Shown: piece by piece, positions 37,765 to 45,591 of the stretch
How positions within the stretch are numbered: the stretch's first letter is position 1
Layout of the letters: each line of letters opens with the position of its first letter
Assembly: GCA_052055015.1 (NCBI GenBank)
Contig: JBQJIT010000038.1
DNA length: 45,591 nt
Direction: 5' to 3' (one strand)
Source of the DNA: Malassezia furfur
Lineage: Eukaryota
Position numbers and translations under genes: made by a program
Notes under the pieces: model-generated
The model's input: the letters and a program-made list of their open reading frames with translations, nothing else
Told to the model about the DNA's origin: nothing
Databases searched by the model: none

Positions 37765-39531
37765 ATGTCCCGGTTTGCGTGGACAACGACGCAGACGTCT
37801 AAGTCGGCTCCTACCGTTTCGTACGCAGAACGTCTCCGCCAGGCCGCAAGCCAAAAGGCACAGGCCCAGGCACTGGACAAGGAGTCGAGTCCGAAACAGA
37901 GTACCGCAGCTGCCACAGGCGCGCAGACATCTATGCCGAAGGAGAATGACTCCACTGTGCAGTCGCCGGTCAGCGATACGACGCAAGCGGAAGAATCGGC
38001 ACCGAGATCAACCACTCCCTCTCGGAGCCCCTCTAACGTTTGGACGGAACGTATGCGCGAGCGAATGATACATGCACAGAAGAAAGCTCTCGACAACGGA
38101 GCAAAAGTTACGCATGCACCATCCATGCCTGAATCCGCCCCTGTGCCTGTGTCACCCTCGCCCCAGCTCATGTCGGCAAGTAGTCCCCGCGAGACACGGC
38201 AGGATGAACAGCTTCCTGCGGCACCTATGGCGGACGGAATCTCCCATGCTCCGGCTAATACAACCCCACCAAGGACCACGGGCGGGCCCTTCCATGCCCC
38301 CGCTAATACAACTCCGTCATCAGGCAATGTTCCGTCAGACAACGATACATGGCTTACGAGAATTCATTTGCTCAACGGCGGCCCACCGACTCCTCGTTTT
38401 GTGAGACCCTCGCACGATTCCCCTCATTCCTCGCACGGCAACAACACACACCACGCTGACCCGGCCCGTCAGCCGCCATTTGCCCCAACGTTCTTTCCTG
38501 CCGGCTATGCGATGCCCATGGGCCCGCCGGTGCCGAGCTCGGATGGATCGTTTGCCCCTGTCCGCTCCTCGGACCAGCACAACTCGACGATGCATGCTTA
38601 TACACAGGCCGCGAGGAGCATGCCGATGGGCTACTTCCCGATGATGCCCGTGCCGCTTGGCTTCGATAATCTGGCTGACGGTCGCGACTGGGCACGACAA
38701 GGGCGTGACGGTCGGCCCCGCGGCCGAGGAATCGGGCGCGCACGCACCAATGCCAATACCACCACTCCACAGCTTCCGCTGCCCCCCAAAGCTACGCCGC
38801 ATATGATGGTGCCTGGAGCACCCGTACATGTGGCGCCGACCATGTCCCATTCGGGCTCGAGCGAGACGGAGGGTGCAGCGGTCACCTCTCCGACGGCGTC
38901 GCGCGCTGAAACACAGAGCAACGTCTCCTCGGATGCGGAAGAATCACGTTCGGATGCAGGCGAGGTGCAGAGCAGCTCACTGGACAGTATGCAGGGCCCC
39001 GGTTGGCTTCCGCATGCAGCTCCTCCGCTATACCCTCGTGGGCTGCCCATGGCACCAATGCAAATCCCCATGATGCCATACACCTACTTTGTTCCTGTAC
39101 CAGCGATGCCCGGGCCCTATGACCCACGCTTGGGGCCGATGATGCCTTCTATGGCCACGTTTCCGCCCGGCGCCCCGCCTGCTCCGATCATGCCCAATTC
39201 GTCTATTCTTGTGCAGCAGCTGCTTCTTCAAGTCGAATTTTACTTTTCGGAGAACAACCTCGAGCTCGACTTTTTCCTCCGGCAGCAGATGGACGCCAAG
39301 GGCTTTGTACCGCTCGATACGGTGCTCAACTTCCGCCGCGTTCAGGATATCTTTCAAGCCGTGGTCCCTCCCGGACCAGGGCAAACCCCGCTGGACCGCG
39401 AAAGCAGGCTGGCGCTGCTGCGCGATGCAGTGCTCTCAAGTCATGTACTCGAACTGAACCAGGATCACATGCGACTACGGCGCAAACAGAACTGGGAGCG
39501 CTATGTGCTGCCAGCGCAGACCGAGCGATGA
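37765..39531 (+). CDS. La-motif (LARP/Sro9/Slf1-like) RNA-binding protein
   Basis: C-terminal LAM: LLLQVEFYFSENNL..DFFLRQQMDAKGFVPL..V.NFRRVQ...RLRRK.NWERYVL, preceded by a Pro/Met-rich disordered region. Confidence 0.85.
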   Translation: MSRFAWTTTQTSKSAPTVSYAERLRQAASQKAQAQALDKESSPKQSTAAATGAQTSMPKENDSTVQSPVSDTTQAEESAPRSTTPSRSPSNVWTERMRERMIHAQKKALDNGAKVTHAPSMPESAPVPVSPSPQLMSASSPRETRQDEQLPAAPMADGISHAPANTTPPRTTGGPFHAPANTTPSSGNVPSDNDTWLTRIHLLNGGPPTPRFVRPSHDSPHSSHGNNTHHADPARQPPFAPTFFPAGYAMPMGPPVPSSDGSFAPVRSSDQHNSTMHAYTQAARSMPMGYFPMMPVPLGFDNLADGRDWARQGRDGRPRGRGIGRARTNANTTTPQLPLPPKATPHMMVPGAPVHVAPTMSHSGSSETEGAAVTSPTASRAETQSNVSSDAEESRSDAGEVQSSSLDSMQGPGWLPHAAPPLYPRGLPMAPMQIPMMPYTYFVPVPAMPGPYDPRLGPMMPSMATFPPGAPPAPIMPNSSILVQQLLLQVEFYFSENNLELDFFLRQQMDAKGFVPLDTVLNFRRVQDIFQAVVPPGPGQTPLDRESRLALLRDAVLSSHVLELNQDHMRLRRKQNWERYVLPAQTER

Positions 39532-39536
39532 TCAAT

Positions 39537-40859
39537 CTATACTGTATATCCACGAGCCTCGAGCGCATCCAGAAGGGCATCAAGCCTGCTCTGCGACCAC
39601 TGCACGCCGCGTTCCAGCAATTCTGCCTGGCCTGGGTGAGTGGGGGCACGTACCGTTGCGATATTCACGAATCTTGGCCAAGATCGAGTCGCGAACGCCG
39701 TCTGTCCCATCCTCTGCAACCCATGGGAGCGCATCGTCCACTTCATGCTGGGTCCGGACAAAGTGCGACCGCCGCATATGGAGGAACTGCTCCAGAGCCT
39801 CGCACGCATTCGCTTGGCGCAGCAACGAAGCAATCTCAGGATCATCAGCGTCTTCCTGGGCCATTTGGTCAGTGAGTATTTGGAGCACCTCGGTGGGTGG
39901 TTCAGCTTGCGCTTTCGACCAGTACACCATCTGAATCTCTCCATCGTTGGGCCGTCGCAGCGCAAGTACCAGCACATCATCTGGGCCGCCAGGCTGGACG
40001 AACCCATACGAGGCAGCCAATTCCTCGTTGCTTTTGGCACCGTAATTGTTAAACACCTGAGCACCAGGTGCCACTGCAGCGCGGGTCAAAAAACACGCTG
40101 CGTGATCCTTGCACTCCCATGTGACCTGCTCCCCGCGGCGGTGATTCAGGCAATCCAAACCGGGTACAAGTATAGGTACCGATTCAGCAGGCGGCGACCA
40201 GCCGGCAATTGATGCAGGAAAGCTTCGACTTCATTAGTATATGCCGTACCTTGTATACACATTCCGCGCCCATCGGCAGTGGGCCAACCATGTCTTTTCA
40301 TCTTGGACTGCAGCGCGAAGCAGCGCGCGCGCAGGGTCTGTGCTGGTTTCGAGGGCGGATGCGAGCCAGCTGCGGAGCCGCTGGGCACTCTCAGCTGTCT
40401 TTTGAAGCTGCAATTGAGCATTGTTGTAAAGAGATGTGCCTTCAAGGAGACCTAGCTCTGCAGGATAATACTCAAGCGGCGTCTCAAAGGTGTTGGGCAA
40501 AATACGCACATACGGCTTGTGTAAGAGGTAGGCGTCCACCTCAGCAAAGTCCTTGCCTTCGTACAACTTGTGGAACACAAGGTACAAGGTAATAAGGTCA
40601 TGCGATTCAAGCTCTTGGGGTATGGGCAATGCCACGATGGATTCTGTGCGGACGCGGCAAAGGTCGGGGTGCACACAGAGGGACTGGGGAATCGTCAGGA
40701 CACGCGTATTGGCTACTAGCCCCTCTTCCGTAAACAATCCCCATCCTGCATTATCGTCTTCCGTTAGCACGTGTACATGCCTTGCGAAAAGTACAGCTTC
40801 CCTGCAAACTGGGCGCCTCCATCTTGCATCCATGCCAGAAACGCTGCATGCTCCTCCAT
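39537..40859 (-). CDS. SET-domain (Rubisco-LSMT/Efm1/Rkm-like) protein lysine methyltransferase; introns 40758-40780 (GC-AG), 40229-40249, 39632-39653
   Basis: FLAWM..GG, GWGLF, PYVRILP...TPL, LLEGTSL, YT-S-RSFP, LVPGLDCLNH, QVFNNYGAKSNEEL..SYGF. Confidence 0.85.
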
Positions 40860-40979
40860 GTCGGCGAGGCGTTTCTTGCGCCTCCACCTGGTTGCCAAGC
40901 CCCCTTTACTAAACGTATCGTCTCCCAGATCCGGATACCGGTGCTCTCGCCTTGGTTGTACTTCGACGCCCCTAGAGAA

Positions 40980-41311
40980 ATGTCTGGAAACAACGTTGCG
41001 CACCTCGGTGCTGCAGATGCGCAGGACCGCAAGAAGATTCGCTCGGTATGTATATCACTAGCATTAACACGCAGCACATTACCGTGGGTCCCGAGTCGTC
41101 CAAGCAGGTTTCGCAGGACCCGACGCTTTTCTCGGAACAGCCTGCGGTCGTCGCGCCGGAGCTGGCACGCGACCAGAGCGCCCCGATCCCCCAGATTGAC
41201 CAGGATGCACAGACGGGTCCTGAAATTGTCGGCGCTGAAGACCCTCGCAATGACTCGGTGCAGAAGAAGCCGTCGTTCTTCGAGCGGATGAAGAGAAAGA
41301 TCCTAAAGTAA
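40980..41311 (+). CDS. Small hydrophilic hypothetical protein, 100 aa; join(40980..41045,41075..41311)
   Basis: AAA-ATG context; 29-nt intron GTATGT...TTAAC.ACGCAG joins MSGNNVAHLG...KKIRS to HITVGPESS...FFERMKRKILK*. Confidence 0.6.
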
Positions 41312-41547
41312 CGCAATCATACGAAAGTCTGCTCTTGCATGGATCGCATCCTGATTCTTTCTATACGAATCTATAATACGAAACACACGCAAGCTAATGT
41401 AGAAACTAGCGGGTTTGTGTATAGGCATTATTACCTTGATTCCGCCACCAATGGCTCCGCAATCGGTGGAGTCGAGCTTTGTCCCACATTTTTGGTCAGC
41501 ACGTGGCCGCGACATTTACGCGTCGGACCGCGTCGCGTGCAACGATC

Positions 41548-42768
41548 ATGTCGGAACCAAGCAAGGACAGTGCTGCGGACCAAGTCAAGGTCCAGCTAGA
41601 CGAAGCAAACCGGTGCTTTGCCCTGAAGAAGTACGATGGAGCTGCAGATATGCTGGCGTCAGCTCTAGAGGAACTGTAGGTGCATTCTTTTGACCCAGAC
41701 GCGACTCGTACGATGAAGATGCGCCTGAACTAGCGCCCGTTCTGCACTTATATGGGCGTGCATTGCTCGAGCACTTTATCAAGGTGGGCGGCGCGCTAGA
41801 AACGGGTGGTGCCGTGGATGCACCATCCTTGAGTGAACCACTGCCTCCCACAGAGAAGTGCGAAGTTGGTGCCGATGATGACGTCACGTCCAAGGCGACG
41901 GGCAAGCGCAAGGCGACCGATGCTGCAGATCAGGCACAGGAAGAGGAAGAAGAAGAAGAGGATGACCTTGCCGTTGCATTCACCGTTCTGGACTTGTCGC
42001 GTGTCATCTTTGAGCGGATTTTGGGCACGTCCGCTTCTCAGCCCGCCTCGTCTAAGGATGCGGCAGCCCGGACAAAGCACGACGTGCACCTTGTTACGCT
42101 GACCGGTGATACGCTCGATGAGCGTGATTTGGTGATTGAACTGGGAGAGGTATACAATGATCTGGGCGATGTGGGGCTCGAGTCTGGTATGTATGCATAC
42201 CTCACACAGAAAACTTTGAGCAAGCCTCAGAAGACTACGCGTCGTCCTTGCGCGTTCTCGCGCCTTTGCTTCTCCCTTACTCGCGCCGTCTCTCAGATGC
42301 GCACCTCCGACTGGGTCTTGCGCTTGAGTTTCATCCCAACAACGAGCGGCGAAGTGAAGCCATCTCTCACATTGAACAAGCGCTGCATGTGCTCCAGAGG
42401 CGCCTAGTGGAACTAGAGAAGGACGAGGTGCCGGCGTTGGAGGGCAAGCTTGTGTCTGAGAGGGACAACCTGGCCGCCATGGACAGCGACCAGCGGAAGC
42501 GCGAGATTCGCGACGTGAAAGAGGTGCTTAAAGATGTGGAACTGAAGGTACGTGTCTATTCACACTCATGCAGGTCGACGAAATGAAGTCCAACCCGGCG
42601 GCGCTGAAAGAGGACGGGAGGCTGTCGAATCCCGAACTGGAAGCGACCATTCGAGAAGCCTTTTTGAATGCTGCCCAGTCGGCTTTGGGCGAAAGCACGA
42701 CCAAGGTGCAGCCGAACCAGCCTGTCAACGACCTGAGCACCCGTGTCAAGAAGAAGAAGAAGATCTGA
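41548..42768 (+). CDS. NASP/Sim3/Hif1 SHNi-TPR histone chaperone; join(41548..41675,41699..42186,42210..42547,42574..42768)
   Basis: FALKKYD.AAD, LAPVLHLYGRALLE, acidic EEEEDDL.VAF.VLDLSR, LGDVGLES-ENFEQA..DY, C-terminal PVNDLS..VKKKKK. Confidence 0.88.
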
Positions 42769-42804
42769 AGTAGTTCCCCAATTAGTCATCCACCCTCTCC
42801 CACC

Positions 42805-43465
42805 ATGGCGACGAACATCACTTTCCACCCCGGCACCGTCACCTATGAGGAGCGTTGCGACCTCCTGAACCAGCAGGGCGCTACAATCTGGCTCACGGGC
42901 CTGTCTGCGTCGGGCAAGTCGACAATCGCTACGGCGCTTGAACAGCACCTGCTGCACTTGAAGAAGTCGGTCTACCGTCTCGATGGTGACAACATTCGCT
43001 TTGGTCTGAACAAGGACCTCGGCTTCTCGCCCAAGGACCGTGAGGAGAACATCCGTCGTATCTCTGAGGTGCGTATTACCGACTCATTTTAGGTGTCGCT
43101 CCTGTTCGCATCGTCGACGGCGCTGACCATCACGTCGTTCATTTCGCCGTACAAGGCTGACCGTGACTTTGCCCGCGAACTGCACGCGAAGCACAACCCG
43201 CCGCTTCCTTTCATTGAGGTGTACGTGGATGCCAGCATTGAGGAGTGCGAGAAGCGCGACCCCAAGGGTCTCTACAAGAAGGCCAAGGCCGGCGAGATCA
43301 AGGGTACGTCAGATGAGCTGACTCTCAGAATTCACCGGCATTTCGGCCCCTTATGAAGCCCCATCCAACCCCGAGATCCACATCGATGCCGACAAGTCGT
43401 CCATCGAGGACAGTGTTGCTCAGATCGTGCGGTACCTGCAGGAAAAGGGCTACCTGAAGGTCTAA
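42805..43465 (+). CDS. MET14: Adenylyl-sulfate (APS) kinase; join(42805..43068,43093..43303,43329..43465)
   Basis: [67 protein letters not shown]; introns of 24 and 25 nt. Confidence 0.97.
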
Positions 43466-43688
43466 GAGCGGGTGATAGCTTTACCTTACATCGGCGGGAA
43501 AATCGTGTTCCATCTCGACGCATAGATCCCTGCACACATAGTCGTCCTGTGCCTATTGTCTCTTCTCCGGCCCAAGCCTGGAAGCGGTCGGCAGTCTCCC
43601 CGCACAGACCCCAACCTTGTGCACGTGATGATCCTCTAGATCTGGGGAGGGTGGATGGTGGTGGAGCTTGGTGCGATGTACACTCGTT

Positions 43689-45591
43689 TTATTGGGCCGC
43701 AGCGTGACGTAGTTCTATCAGCGGCGCCAAAGCGCGTCGGTGTTAGTATACAGTGCTCATACCACCAGGCGTACATACCTTGCGCGCGCTTCGCTTCGCG
43801 CCCCTCCAACTGCCCCATAGGCGAGTCGGTCCCGGAACGATCTGGCCTGGTCGTCTCCGCCTCGCCGAGCGCATCCATATCCTCGGCGTCGTTCATCACG
43901 TCATGCTCATCTTCGTCGGCATCGCCATGCGGGTCGGCTGTCTGCACTTCATCGATGACAAACGTGTCGCGCTCCTGTGAGAGTGCCTCGTTGGCCACAC
44001 GCAGGCTTTCGACAGCTGCCTCAGGGCCTTTGTCGGCCAGTGCGTCGTCATCCTGTGCTGCCTTGGGCTCCGACTCGGCGGGCTCCACGGAGACCGACTC
44101 TTGCTCGGTCTTAGATGGTTGTCGACGCAGTGCGCCCACGAGCCGCCCGCCGAGGCTGGGCCGCACACCGGCCTCGCCCGTCATAGCGCCCGCTGCCGCC
44201 GAGGCGCCTCGCATGAACGCATTGCCCCACATGCCCTTGGGCTTCTCCGGCTCAGCGGTCGTCTGGGGCGCAAAACTCGGCAATGGTCCCTTCACCGTGT
44301 GGGTCTGCAACCGCAGCGCGACTTGGTCGGCGAGTGCGTCCATACGGGTCTTGCCCTCTTCGCCCAGTAGGCCACCTAGGAATCCGACGACCTTGCCGCG
44401 CGTACCGGTGGTAACGTCCCGGGAGTAGCTTGCGGGGGTATCCGCATCCAGCGGGGCGGCATTCCCATGGATGAGCGTCGAGGCAAGCGACACGGTGCCG
44501 TTGGACGACTTGCCCGTATTCCCCGCGACCGCCTTGGGCGTTCCGCGGGGGGCGATGGGCGCCGCGTGCCAGGCAAAAGCCCCGCCCGTACTAGACCGCT
44601 GCACGGGCTCCAAATGGATCGAGTGCACCAGGTCGTGCTCGAAAAAATTCTGTAGCACCGGCGAGGCCAGGGCCAGGGCGCGAAACGAAGCAAGCGACAG
44701 GAACGGCTGCGTCTCGTCGTCGGCAGGCGGCGCCGCAGCGTCGCTCAGCTCGGCGACCGGTGTACCTGCCGTTTTGGGAGCATCGGCGGTCGGAGCCGCT
44801 GTGGTCACAGAAGGACCGCCAGGAACGCCGGACGTGTCTGCCGGCTTGGCCGGTGCAGTAGGGTTCGGCTTGGTCGTGGTATGCGTTGTAGTCTTCGCCG
44901 CTGCAGGGGACTCCATGGAAGCTGCTGTGGCAGCGACATGCACAGGTGACTTGGATGCGGCAATTGTCGCTGTCTGTGCCGCTGGCTCCAGTGCAGTATT
45001 CTCCGATGGCGCATCGCTCATGTCCAGGGTACCTTCTTCGAGCGCCGTGGCACGGTCCACCGACACTTCCCAAAGCGCATCCATGTTGCGCTCGAGCTCG
45101 GAAGTCCAGGGTGCTGACCCCATATCATGGATGCTAGATGATGCCGTGCGGTGCAGGATGCTTTCGAGCTCGTCGGTGACCTGTGCACGGTTGTGTGACG
45201 CTGCGATGTACCGCAGGCCGGGGAACTGCCGCTCAAACTGGGAGTACAGGCCCGCGAGACGCGCATCGCCGCGAACGTGCGGGAACCCTGCAAGAAGCTG
45301 TGTTTGCTGCTGTGCGGACCAACCCGGCTCCTCCTCGACACAGAACCGGGCGACGTCCACGAGGCCGTCGTAGGTCAACGGTTGGCTGTCCTCTGGAAGG
45401 TCGGCAATGGCCTCTTTGCACTGCTCGCCTAGCGTTGTGGCAGCCTCGTATGGTAGGTACAGAAGCACCTGCAGCGCACGCGCAAGGCTACGCGCCTCCG
45501 CCGTCGGGATCTCGCTCGCCGGGATCACACCGGCGCGCATCCTGGAGGTGCTGGGCGTGGAGGTGCACGGGCAGCGCCGCGGCCGTGCCCC
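43689..45591 (-). CDS. C-terminal part of a large protein, probably a Gyp2/Mdr1-type RabGAP, containing an OHCU-decarboxylase-like segment; last intron 43715-43778; 5' part outside the window
   Basis: Frame is open to the window end. FLSLASFRALALASPVLQNFFEHDL resembles the Gyp2/Mdr1 C-terminal motif. A 64-nt intron with TACTAAC gives the end RAQ-ELRHAAAQ*. The TBC domain itself is not visible. Confidence 0.55.

Overview
Gene-dense, high-GC eukaryotic DNA, most likely from a basidiomycete yeast of the Malassezia/Ustilaginomycotina type. That assignment is an inference from compactness, gene content and GTACGT...CT(C/G)AC..YAG micro-introns. I can support 28 protein-coding genes, two of them cut by the window edges. 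Most are housekeeping genes: RIM15, an MFS-like transporter, CDS1, a KIC1-like kinase, complex I PSST, HMT1, BOS1, a zinc-knuckle protein, TAD1, HST2, a MED27-like protein, ERG3, SNX3, RPL7, SSE1, a secreted PLC-like protein, NRDE2, CDC48, IKS1, ETP1/BRAP2, DPM2, an EF-hand-like protein, a La-motif protein, a SET methyltransferase, a 100-aa orphan, NASP/Sim3, MET14 and a probable GYP2/MDR1 C-terminus. The most striking layer is splicing. I traced 43 introns by hand from reading-frame continuity; 37 are only 21-29 nt and none is shorter than 21 nt. Three of the longer introns (both RPL7 introns and the last HMT1 intron) fold into stems that collapse them to about 24-48 unfolded nt. RPL7 intron 2 hosts a snR39B-like box C/D snoRNA. 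RPL7 intron 1 has a helix joining the 5' splice site to the branch point. Other notable items are overlapping or abutting convergent stop codons, 30-53 nt tandem gene gaps, recurrent CACGTG promoter boxes, a structured AT-rich candidate ncRNA, and a degenerate OHCU-decarboxylase-like domain inside a probable RabGAP. No transposon, CRISPR array, tRNA or rRNA was seen. All gene names come from motif recognition, not database searches.
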